From Kondoa subrosea (Eukaryota), in contig BCIN01000008.1 of NCBI GenBank assembly GCA_039545335.1, positions 248,001-312,000 on the forward strand: a stretch of 64,000 bases of DNA, in the 5' to 3' direction. The position numbers and the translations under genes are program-made. Below, piece after piece: positions 50,104 through 61,728 of this stretch (within the stretch, counting starts at the first letter, position 1; each line of letters opens with the position of its first letter). The notes beneath the pieces are model-generated. The model did not search any database, was not told the DNA's origin, and worked only from the letters and a program-made list of their open reading frames with translations.

Positions 50104-52189
50104 ATGACTGAATCAGTACCAGAGAAGAGGAAAGCAAGCTCTCCCTCATCACCTCAGACTGAAATCAAGAAGCTCAGACTGGAAGATGCTTCTACCTTGA
50201 GCACGAATTCTTCACCTTTGGCATCTCGTTCACTTTCTGCTTCAAGCGAAACTATAGCTGCTCCTGTCCTTGTGCAAGCTACAGAATCTGCTGAGGGTGC
50301 TAAAGGCTCGGCAAGTGCTACTACTGTTGTTGGTAATGGAAAGAAAGGCGGAGGCAAGAAAGATAGAAATCAGGGTTTCAACAATAATTACAAAGGCAAG
50401 AAAAGGGATAACAATTGGTCCTCCAAATCTACTAGAGATGATGCATCTGCTACTAATACTACGGATGCGCCAACAACGACGGCTGATGGGGAAGAGAAGA
50501 AGGAGAGATTACCAAAGAGAAAAGTAGCGGTAGCTGTTGGATACTGTGGAACAGGAATGAGCGGCTCTCAGATGTGCGTAATCTGATAACGGCCATGTCT
50601 CGATGCTGAAGACTTCAAGATAGTAATCCTGGTGTCAAGACTGTTGAAGGAGAAATCTTCAAAGCTTTCGTTGCTGCTGGTTGTGTTAGCGAAGACAACA
50701 GTGTAGATCCGACCAAGGCAAGCATCAGTTACCTTGATACTCAATGTCTATTCTAAGACTCCTTTCCAGGTCAATCTCCTTCGAGCAGCTCGAACGGATG
50801 CAGGCGTGCACGCAGCCATTAATGTCATTTCGCTCAAACTCATCCTCAATCCGTCTTCCATGGGTCCAGAAACGACTCTCATTGATCACATCAATAGCTT
50901 CATGCCTGCAGGAATTCAGGTTTGGTCTATTACTCGAGTTCAAGGTTCTTTCGATCCTCGGAAATTCTGCGATTCAAGAATGTACGACTACTGTCTACCC
51001 ACTTATGTCTTCTTACCACCTAAACCTGGGACACCTATGGCTGAAACCTTGAAAAAAGCTCGATCTTCTTCTTCTTCTTCTTCTTCTGTAGTCGAATTCA
51101 GTGAAGCGGACGAGTTCTGGTCAAAATTCTTCTCTACTCTGCCTGCCTCTGATCCAGTCAAAGAAGTACCTACCGACGAGAAAACAGCAGAATCGCCTGA
51201 ATACCTCGATTCAGAATATTTCAAGAGAGAGACGCAAGCGAAGAATCAGTTTCGTTTGCCTTCTGATCTGTTGGAAGCTTTGCGGAAAGCAGCGGATGCT
51301 TACGTTGGTCCGCATAATTTCCATAATTTCACTGTTGGGAAAGATTTCAAGGATCGAAGTGCTCAAAGGAATATGAAGAAATTGACCGTTCGTAGCTACA
51401 TTTGTTCTCGCTCGCTTATGAGCTCATAGAAAGGTTTTGCGCGAACAGGTCTCGGATCCATTTGTTGTTGGCGATTGCGAATGGCTTTCTATCAAAGTAC
51501 ATGGTCAATCTTTTATGCTTCATCAAATAGTTTGTCCCCTCTCTCCTTCTTCCACTCTCTTATGCTTACATGCTTATTGTTCAGCGAAAGATGGTTGGTC
51601 TATTGATTCTGGTTGTCAGATCAAGAACTCCAGCTTCTCTCATACCCGAAACTTTTGGTCCAGCTCGAATTCATGTACCCAAAGCTCCTGCGCTTGGTTT
51701 ACTGCTAGAACAACCTGTGTACGAACAATACAACAAGAAAGTATCAGAAGCAAACAAACAAGTGGATGCACAAGTTGCTCGAGGCAAGATTTCGGTGGAA
51801 CATGCTGAGAATGAGGGTCAGAAAAAAGAAGCTGTTCAATTTGAGGATCCTGCTTTCCAAGTAAAAGTCAAGGAATTTAAACAAAAGAATGTTTATGATA
51901 AGATGTGGCTGGCTGATAAAGAGGAGCATGCGTAAGTTTTTCTGTCGCTTGCTTCCACTTTTGGATATGAATTTGATGAAACAACGTGAATAATAGATTT
52001 GCAAAGTTTTTGAACTTGTTGGATGTATACAAAGGACCGGATTTCACTTACCTCAACCCTGAAGGCATCATCCCACCTGAAGCGGTCAACCCTGGCAAAG
52101 ATAACAAGACGGGAGCTTGGAAAGCTGCTAAAGGACTCAAAGAGGATTCAGATGATGAAGTGCCAGTGCAGGGACAGGATGATGGGTAA
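50104..52189 (+). CDS. PUS1: tRNA pseudouridine synthase (TruA family)
   Basis: KRKVAVAVGYCG, RAARTDAGVHA, GPHNFHNFT, HGQSFMLHQIRKMVG, PKAPALGLLL. Confidence 0.95.
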
Positions 52190-52214
52190 ATGTGATGTCA
52201 CAAAGCAATTGTAT

Positions 52215-54183
52215 CTACTCCTGCTTAGGTACATGGCAATCCTCAACGTGCTGTTCCAGTTGCTGCTGTGTAGTGGTGACCCTTGCGCTGTCGCAGAAGA
52301 GAATATCGCTAGGCATTGTTGACATTGGACATGAGCGGAGTTTCCATGGTATCGAAAATAGTTGTCCCTGTCGAAGCGAGTCTTCGTACAGGTAGAGACG
52401 GCACACCATTTCCGCAGGGTTCCCGGAGTCTCCACCAGCTGATTCAAAAGCTTCGTCCGCTCCTGACACTGATGATAGCGATCATGGCATGTCCAGATGT
52501 GGTCGTGGATTAAGCTATCGGTAGCGGAGAGAAACCAACAGTGAGGGCAGCCCTTTGCTTTCCTTCTGTTCCGATCGCGAAGATCGATTCCACGGTTCAC
52601 TATGGACAAATTCTCCTGCTTGAGATGCGCAAGCTTGAAATGCTGCTCCAATATCAGCCAGGCGGGATCATCGATAGCGCGTGTAGGGTAGCAAGGTGTG
52701 ACATAATCACAAAGTGTAGCTGTAAGCTGTCCTCGTTTGTCTAGATCCTTCTCTTCCGCATGGCAATGGTATCCTACGAAGGGCGGCGTTGTATGCTTTG
52801 TAGCAAATGCGTGATCTTCTATCTCCTTCCTACTTGATGAGAATTCTCTACAGCCTTGACTAGAACAGTACCATATTTGCGTTGGTCGATCGTGTATCAG
52901 AGCGTGGAGGGCCGAAGTAACAGTGCTCTCCGATTTGAGAGAATGCTTTCCGTAGACGGCTGGCGCGAAGTATGGGTGAGCAGCACCTTGATTATCTACC
53001 AAATGCATGAGCTTGGGGACATAACACAACTCCAGACCATACAGGGCGGATGTGGATGCTCGACAGAGGCCCCACGGAATTGCTGATGATCTGCAAAATG
53101 CATCAGTCTGCGAACATATTAATCAGCAAGGCTTGAGATCCGAAGACACACAAGGGAGTTCTTGCGAATTGCGGACGTTTTGATTTTGGACGTGCTGAGG
53201 AGGCTGAGAGATGTGTGATGCTGAAACCGAAGTTAAGAGACATGCAGTCGCAATTGCAGAAAAGAAAACAAACGTTCAGGATGAGATCCAGCTGAACCAT
53301 GATCATGATTTTCGAGATGGCCTCTAGGCTGGAACGTGACTGGAGGATGGATGGGCTGGGTGCTAGAACCAGCACCGCCTGGATAGTTTGACAATTGTCA
53401 GCGGGGAAAGTGAAATCCGAGGCCCTAATACCTGCTGTGAAGCTTGAGTACTGCGACTGTTTATTCGAGCTTCAATTTCGGACTATAGCCAAAGTATATG
53501 CATACCTGAGCAAGGGTGGCTATTGATCATTCCTCAAACGTTATCCTCATATAAAATTGACCTTCACGTACTAGAAGTTGCATCCGGACGACAAGTCAGC
53601 GCTCCGATATCTTGAAGATTGGAAAATGGATGTCCGAATGCGTCAGCAGCCCCTATTATTCGATACGACATCGTGATCGGCATAAGTTTCCCAAGCCCGC
53701 GATCAACCTACCTGCTGCATATTGCTGATATGAATGCTAACCATGCAGTATTAGCTCTTTAATTCAATATACAACAGGCCTACAGGAGCCGGTACACCTT
53801 TCGGAAGAACATGTCAGAAGCAGTCATCCTGGTATCAAATCCGACTAACCAGAATTTCCACCATTGTGAGTATTCATTGGACTCATGGAGCGAATGTTAC
53901 TGGGCGCGACATGTCCAGGTTTGTCAGCACCGCCTCCAGAACAAATGGTAAGTATCCATCTTCGGGAACGGATTTCATTCTACCTGTTTGGAATTGATGA
54001 TGCTCAGGTTGATATTGAGGCTATTGCCGGTTAGCATCATCATATAGAGGGTTCTAGTAGAAGAGGCATACCGGAGGTTGAACTATCGATATCACAATAA
54101 CTCAGAAGTCATCTTCGAGCAAAATAGCCCGACTCACTAGCATTGCCATGTTTGTCGTGAGTTGATCCTTGGGCGTCGTTCAT
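52215..54183 (-). CDS. Multi-exon C2H2 zinc-finger protein with an apparent -1 frameshift near 52281
   Basis: Eleven GT-AG introns join in frame from ATG 54183 into the exon carrying CSSQGC..H..H, CPHC..HIWTCH and CAVSTC..HGNSAH. The last finger is split between two frames. Confidence 0.6.
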
Positions 54184-54817
54184 ATTGACTGATTCGATTT
54201 GAAAGTTGAAGAAGACAGTGGTTGGAAAAGAAGAACAGAAGAGAAGAAGAAATGCAAGCGACAACAAAGGATAGCTTTCGAAAGATCTTGAGCCTTGAAC
54301 ATCATCTCAGAGCAACTAAAGCATGCTTGCTACAGCCATGAAGCAGACATACTCATTCCATGCAACTTCCTACAGCATCACATGGGTCAATCGTCTGAGC
54401 AACTGAGTTCAGGTTCTCTAGCTTCGCCTTCATATCGCAAAGAGGAGGCAGTGGTAAGATGACGGAATATATCAAATCAATACGGAAAACGAATAAGCAC
54501 AGCGAGGTTCTGTTACATCAGTAAATCTGCCCAAAGCGTGTAAGCGTCGCAAGTTGGATTTGTTCCACGCAACAGCGCTTGCGTGAGCCATGCTTGCACA
54601 AGAATAGCCAAGAACAGGAAATGCGACAGGAAATCAGCGAAACGAAGCAGGGTATAAAGAACAGCATCTGTATTGCAAGTCCGTTTTTGCGATCGAGAAT
54701 TGCTTGCCGAATCATCCATCATTGCATATACAACTCCATGCTCATCCAATAGCAGCCCTTGTGACAGGTCGAGTAGATTGGTTGTAAAGGCGGAATGATG
54801 TTCAAGGGTTTATGCGA

Positions 54818-55471
54818 TTAGATGAAGCCAATCTATCAGCCATCGTCAGTGTCTACTTCTTCAATCACAAGTATAAACCAACCTTGTTAGCGACATCCAA
54901 AGCATCAACGTCAGGTAGCAGTCTAATGAATGCCTTTTTCTTTCCATCCGGGCTGTACATTCGCTTGTGATCAGGCTTGTCAAGCTTTACGAGAACAAGG
55001 CCGCTCACCGAATGAGAGTGTTGATTGAAGCAGCCTCAACATCGTACAACTTCTTGATGGCCTGCTTGATGTGCCTCTTGTTTGCTTTGATGTCGACAAG
55101 GAAGACGAGGGTGTTGTTGTCTTCGATCTTCTTCATTGCGCTTTCAGTGCAAAGAGGTTGGACAATAGTCCTGTAACATAACCAGCACATTGAGCTCTCG
55201 TACTCTTGAATTGCCTGCAAATTTCATTTTTGACAAACCTGTACTGGTCCATTCTTGGTGCATGAGGAATGCTCTTTCGTGGGTACTTGGGTTTACGAGC
55301 AAGGCGAAGAGTAGTAGGGCGGTGGAAAGTGGTGCTGGTGCGAACCTTTCGCGAAGTGTGAGATCCTGTTCCCTTCAAAGCGGCCTTCTTTGCTGCTTTC
55401 GCTTTGGCATCTTGTGGTTTAGTAGCAGAGCTCTTGCCCTTGGAGCTCTTGGTATCAGCCTTGCTGGACAT
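54818..55471 (-). CDS. RPL25: 60S ribosomal protein L25 (uL23)
   Basis: [66 protein letters not shown]. Confidence 0.97.
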
Positions 55472-56041
55472 ATTAGGGAGTTCGAAGAGTTTCTCGACGA
55501 GGGGAAATTGCTCTTTGAAATCCGTCGGATTTGCCGGGACTTGATGCCGGTCGCTCTGTAGGAGAGTGGAAGAGGCTCTTCCCTTCCTGCCTCTCTCTCC
55601 ATCTCTCTTTAAGAGGGTCTTCGCTGGATCTGGCTCGCACACAGAGCGCACTCTAGAGTTCTCAATTTTCTTCACTTTATGCTACAGTATAGGCTTTTGT
55701 CAATTCCGCAAGCAGCGCTGCTCTATATGTTTGCTTCTCTCCTCCTTCTCATCCTTGTCTTCATCATGTCACCGCCCTCGAGCGAAAAGCTTTACTTTGT
55801 TTTCTGTCACCTACCTTGTAAAAGCGCGTCGCATGAGCTGTCAAATGCGTTACGTAGTTCTCACTCGTCATCACTCTGTATCATACGGCGGATCTTGCTC
55901 AAGATGCTTCTCACATGTTAACCTTACTAATTGTGGTTATGTTATTTTTGGTCACTGATCAGTGATTAATAAACAATCACGCCTATCCGCTCAAGCATGC
56001 TTTGCCCCTGTACAACCACTTCTTCCAGTAGTGAAATCAAT

Positions 56042-56857
56042 ATGTCTGACGCATTCTACGAGTTTGTTGAAGCTCGCCGGAGTTACTACGGAATCAAGAA
56101 AGAATCGACTCTCTCCGATGAAGAGATCGTAGAGTCAGTCCGAGCATGGTCCGAAGTATATCTAAGGTCCTCATCTGTTTGCTGTGTCAGGCTGGTTCGA
56201 AAAGCGGTCAAACATTGTCCAACTGCTTTCAATATGCAATCCACTCGAGCTGTGGTTTTCTTGGGTGATGAGAGTGTCAAGGTAGAGCTATATTGAAGTC
56301 CTAGATTGCTCACATGATGCTGAGCAGTAATAACTTGATTATAGCTCTGGGACATTGTTGAAGAAGAATATGCCAAAACTTTAAACGATGACAAGGATAA
56401 GATTGAGACCAACAAGAAACGTATGGATTCTTTCAAAGCAGCATACGGCACTATTGGCTTCTTCGAAGATCAATCCGTTCTTGATTCTTTTCGACAGAAG
56501 ATGACTCAATTCCCTAAAGAAGCTTTCGAAGTCTGGTCAGAGAACTCTACTGGTATCTTACAATACATCGTTTGGACTGCTCTCAAAGCAGAGGGGATGG
56601 GCGCTAGGTAAGAAGATCAATTATCTTCACTCGCGTATTGCCTTCCGCTAATCTTGGTTCCTCTCGTGCACAGTCTCCAGCATTACTTCTCTTTCTCTCC
56701 TGCTATTCCCAAAGCAGCCAACAAGACATTCAATATCGACGAGAACTGGAAATGCACCGCTATTATGCCTTTCGGTGTTCCTACTGGAGGTCCTGGTCAA
56801 CCCGGTCGAGAAAAGACCTTTGACAAGGTTGAAGAAAGGGTTAGAGTCATCCAATAG
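56042..56857 (+). CDS. Nitroreductase, Frm2/Hbn1 family
   Basis: ARRSYYGI, KHCPTAFNMQSTRAVV, AYGTIGFFED, GILQYIVWTAL, GASLQHY, AIMPFG. Confidence 0.9.
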
Positions 56858-57000
56858 ACGTCAAGCCCAGCGATAGTAAAGAAAGTGTTATACTTTGTAC
56901 CGACTGTTTATAAGCGTTAGATAATCGATAATTGATAAGCCAGAGACATTTCCGACTTGACGCTTTCGAAGTTCATATATCCCTTCATCTGTTAGTAACG

Positions 57001-57777
57001 ATGGCCTTTGACAAGTCTGCGAATCAGTTGCTGGAAGCAATCTTTGGCTGTATAGAAGACGACATTATACCCAAGACTAGAGAACGCGTCAAGGCCGGGT
57101 GCAAAGTGTTTGGAGCGGCAATCTTGCGAAAGAGTGATCTAGGACTAGTACGTTGTCATGAACGATGCAAAGATCAAAAGATCATCTCTACACAGGTGAT
57201 TGCAGAAACCAACAATGAAATCACTCAGCCGCTCTTTCACGGAGAGGTCCATTGCATCTTCTGCTATAACAACTTACCTAATCGACCCTCTCCAAAAGAC
57301 TGCATCTTCGTAACAACGCATGAACCATGCAGCCTTTGTCTATCTGCAATCACTTGGTCTGGCTTTGATAACTTTGTTTACCTGTTCTCGTCAGTGATAT
57401 CCTCATTCTCGATTCGACTTGAGCTGATATCGTAGTCCAGATACGAAGACACTAGAGATGCATTTCAAATACCATACGATATTCAAGTCAGTCCGTCGCC
57501 AGGTACTTAAAGGCAATCACTGACGAGGCAGCAGATACTCGAAGCGGTATACAAAGTGCAAGGGAAAGAAGAGAAGGAAGACTTCGATCAACGACTCTTG
57601 TACAATAGAGAGAACGCTTTCTTCAAAGCGTTGAGCGTAGCGGATTTGATAGCGAAGCTGGAACCTAAAGAGCAAGAACGTTTTCAAAGGAGGAAAGCAA
57701 AGCTGAATGAAGAGTATGCAAAGTTGTCCGAAGTGTACCAGAGCAGCAAAGGAAATGCTGGCATTCCACTAGCGTGA
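57001..57777 (+). CDS. Zn-dependent nucleoside/nucleobase deaminase (cytidine/guanine deaminase superfamily)
   Basis: VFGAAIL, HGEVHC and THEPCSLCLSAITW motifs. Confidence 0.9.
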
Positions 57778-58247
57778 AATCGCGTATGACAAGTTGCGAG
57801 GAAGAAATGGAGCATGATCAACTGAGTTGAGAAGAACCTGATCAAAGACCTCGTCGACTGTTTGCTACGCGTTCAAAGTGACAGTAAGGCGAGTCAGTGT
57901 CATCGGAAGGGAATTCATGATCAAGCTGAGTTTGCGAAGAGGCTTAGTGAAGCATAGTGAAGCGCAAGTCGATTAATTCGAACGAAGGGAAAAGGTCGGG
58001 CAGAGTGGTAGAGGAAGGCTTATCCCTGAACTTATGCAATTGAGACCAGTAGACCATTGCTTAAGTAGTTCGGTAGCCATACACAGTATAGGGACTAAGA
58101 AGAGCGACAGCGTATATACGAGATGCAAAGATAAAAAGGCTGCAGACAAAGCCAAGAAGACACATTCGAAACAGTACAGCAGTAGCAAGACAAGGCATAG
58201 CAGAGCATAGCGAGCATAATTTACAGAGTGACAGCCATGAGAATGCT

Positions 58248-59313
58248 TTAGGGAAGCCTCTTTCCATCATCGCCATATACAAGTACTCCAGCGCATCGTT
58301 TCTGTTCTGTCAGTGCTGCACGTAATTCGATCAATCGGGACTTCCCATCGTGCTGATAATAGTGTCCTGATAGCCAGGCATATTTGACCACATTGTTCTG
58401 ATCGACATAATGCAACAAAGGCACTTCCGAGACCTTTTCTATGCCATCTTTGTCCTTGATGATGATCCGACGAGGCATTTCTAGAGCATGACCGCGCAGG
58501 TAAGGATCGGTAGGCGATGGATAACGAATTATCGTAACATTCTCTCGGGGTTGACCTGCGTGTTTGTAGTCGTGAACTTCGAAATAATCGATCTGTTGGC
58601 CTCCTGATACAATGCTATCGTGCCTATAGCAGAAGCGCTGATGAGGTCCAGAAGGTTCAATGATGGTTGGCCAGTGTTCGGGTTTATTGATAAGATCCTT
58701 ATGCTGTTGATGAAAAGCTTCCGAATTCTGCAAATGACTTTACTGACAGTGATTGAGCACACAGAGAGAGATACTAACTCTAGGCTGCATGCCCTGGGCT
58801 TCTTCCAATTGCTTTCTGTTCGAACGCAGCTCGTCAGGGAATTTGCCCTGCGGTACAATTCAGCTGTATCGGTGCAGATTGGAAAGGGCTTACATCCGGG
58901 AATAGCTGATATATGCTTTGCCATTCTTGATCGTGGCTATACGCAGAAGCAGTATGAAGTTGGGCCAGGCTAACAGGGTTCTGCTTGTCTAGTACATTGA
59001 TTTGAGTCCTTGCTGGCGTGTATGGATTGTTCTCGTCCATCAAGGACCTTTGAGGAGCATGAGCAGACTCATCTAAAGGCGTATCGACAGGCAGATTACG
59101 GATACGGCGCATAGTCTCTGAAGATACTGTTGAAGAAGGCGAGATGGCCCGGGCAGGTTGACCAAAGTTATGGACAGGAGAAGGCCCGACGTGATGAGAG
59201 AAGTCATCTTCCAAGTTCATACGTCCTCGGCGAGCGCTATATCGTTGGTAGTCGTGAGCACCAGGGAAGTCAGCATCAGGAAAGTCGCCATATCCGTGAT
59301 AAGGTAAAGGCAT
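58248..59313 (-). CDS. Hypothetical protein
   Basis: Three exons join in frame via GTAAGC..CAG and GTTAGT..CAG introns. No family recognised. Confidence 0.55.
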
Positions 59314-59952
59314 GCTGAAAGCTAGATCGTCGAGATGAGAGAAAGCAAAAGCCGAATGAGCAATCTCCAGATAGAGAAGAAAGGGAAAGCATGATCGCCT
59401 ATCGTGGCCGTAGATCGAGTCAGAGCGTTTGTATAGTGAGGGAGCGAGGCATCAGTACTGTCATACTGGAGGAGCATGAGTTGTCGAAAGGGGGATCCAA
59501 ACAATGAGTCGAGTCTTCAGATCAAAATTAGTAGGGCGTCAATTCGTATGCTTCATGGAATGAAGAACAGGACCAATAGACGGCAGGCATCCGACAATGA
59601 GACAGGCCAGCTCTCCAAACCAAGAATGAGCATCTGACCTCGCCAGCGATTCGCTCCTTCGAGGATTTGAGACTTGATGATGACTGTTTTGCATTGGGAC
59701 GGTCTGAAAATTACAATCCACGATTCGCAGCAGCATGCAAGACCAATTGGACAGGAAACTTATTGTTCGAGAAACTCCAGCTGCAGTTCGAGAATGGTGA
59801 TCTCCAGAGCGATTAGTCTGCACCACCAGCGATCATAAAGCGAGACGATCAGCGACTCAACCTGGCAGCGAAGGCGACAGCATAGTCACGGCTTTCAACA
59901 AGCATTGCAATGCCAAAACTTGGTCAACCTGTATCAACGACTATCGCGCCCG

Positions 59953-61449
59953 ATGACCACGCTAGACACGCGACTCTCAGCCTTGAGCTTGGATCCTGAA
60001 GGCAGCAGCAAGCTCCAGTCCAAAGTGAGCGAGATCTCATCCAAAAGTAAACACAAGAATTGTGTTTGACTTCGTATGTCACAGTTTCGAGCTGGAAAGA
60101 CTAATGAAGCAGAAAGCAGAGCCCCTCTGACTAAGATCCAAACGACTTCGCAATCGAAAACTACTACTTTCAAGCCTACTCGGCCTGCCTCCAATGCTGT
60201 CCCTTCCTCTTCCACTTCTCGTTCTGTTCCATCTTCCCAATCTTCTGTCGCATCTTCTTCTCAGCCTGTTGCGGCTCCTTCGTTAGATTTCGGTCGGTAT
60301 GACGGAGGCTTGGAAAGGGATGAGGCAGCTGCTAGAGGTGATGTGATTGAAGGTGAAGCGGCAACGGAATTGGCATTGGATTCTAGCTCTTCAAAGTGTG
60401 TCACTTCACTGCTCTTGTCTTTACCGAACTAATTGTACAAAAAGATTGACTCGCCCAACGAAACCTTGGAAATTTTCAGATTTCGAACTAGGTCGTGCTC
60501 TAGGCAAAGGCAAATTCGGCAGAGTTTATATGGTCCGAACAAAACATACAGAACCTCAATACATTCTCGCTCTGAAGTGCTTATACAAATCAGAACTCGT
60601 CAAGGATAAAGTAGAGAAACAGACACGAAGGGAAATCGAAATCCAATCGAATCTTCGACATCCTCATATCCTTAGACTGCATGGTTATTTTCATGACGAA
60701 AAGCGGATCTTCTTGATGCTTGAGTTTGCTGGAAAGGGAGAACTGTATAAGCAATTGTCGAAACATGGCAAGTTCAGCGAAAAGAGATCGTCAAGGGTCA
60801 GTGCAGGTCATAAGCTCTATCAGTCTATCGCTGATTCAAAGGTTACCGCATCTGACAGTACATCGCGCAAATGGCCGACGCCTTGCAATATTTGCATAAG
60901 AAACATGTCATTCATCGAGACATCAAACCTGAGAACATTCTGCTTGGCCTGAATGGTGATTTGAAGATAGGCGACTTCGGTTGGTCAGTGCATGCTCCGT
61001 CAGATCGGTGAGCTATTTCCCATCTGATCGAGGTCGAGCTGAAAACATTGATAGTCGATCAACACTTTGCGGAACTCTCGATTACCTACCTCCGGAAATG
61101 GTCGAGGGCAAACATCATACAAGAGAAGTCGATCTTTGGGCACTAGGAGTATTGACGTATGAATTCTTGGTCGGCGCTCCACCTTTTGAAGAGCTCAGTG
61201 GGGCGCAAGCGACCTACAAGAGGATAGCGAAAGTCGATTTGAAGATCCCCGAGACTGTTTCGGCTGAAGCAAAGGATTTGATAAAGAGTGTGAGTTGAAT
61301 ATCATACGGATAAGACGTAGGCTGATGTGATGCAACAGCTCTTGCGACATGATCCTGAAGATCGCTTGCCGATAGCAGATGTATTGAGGCATCCTTGGAT
61401 ACTAAAGTATAAGAAGACGAAAGACTCGCAACAGCTGGAAGCAATCTAG
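59953..61449 (+). CDS. IPL1: Aurora kinase
   Basis: [64 protein letters not shown]. Confidence 0.96.
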
Positions 61450-61728
61450 CGTCGCGTTTACTTATTGTGATAATGTACATTTGTCGGTAGCACAGTTCAG
61501 TTTGCATTCCAATCACATGGCATAGAGCATCTTTTAGCCAGTCTTTGCAAGTTCGAAGTCTACACTTCGACGTGTATAAGATTCACTCCTTGTTCCGGAC
61601 TTTCACGTTGAATCGGTCGAGAATTGCTCAGATACCACACAAAGCTCCTTATCACTGATCAGAGCTGTGATATCGCGTAGGAACAACCGCACTTGGCTTC
61701 GTGTTAATCCAGAAATACGTGATACATT

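Noticed and set aside
51064..51087. (TCT)8 microsatellite
   Set aside because: It is an ordinary poly-Ser tract in a variable loop of PUS1.
55472..55675. N-terminal extension of the RPL25 ORF
   Set aside because: It has no ATG upstream of 55471, and the conserved protein begins at MSSKA. This is promoter or leader sequence.
56042..57777. Nitroreductase plus deaminase as a functional cluster
   Set aside because: Adjacency in a compact genome is the only evidence, and no shared pathway is apparent.
57780..58247. Short hydrophobic ORFs between the deaminase and the hypothetical gene
   Set aside because: They have no consistent ATG or splice structure and are probably UTR sequence.
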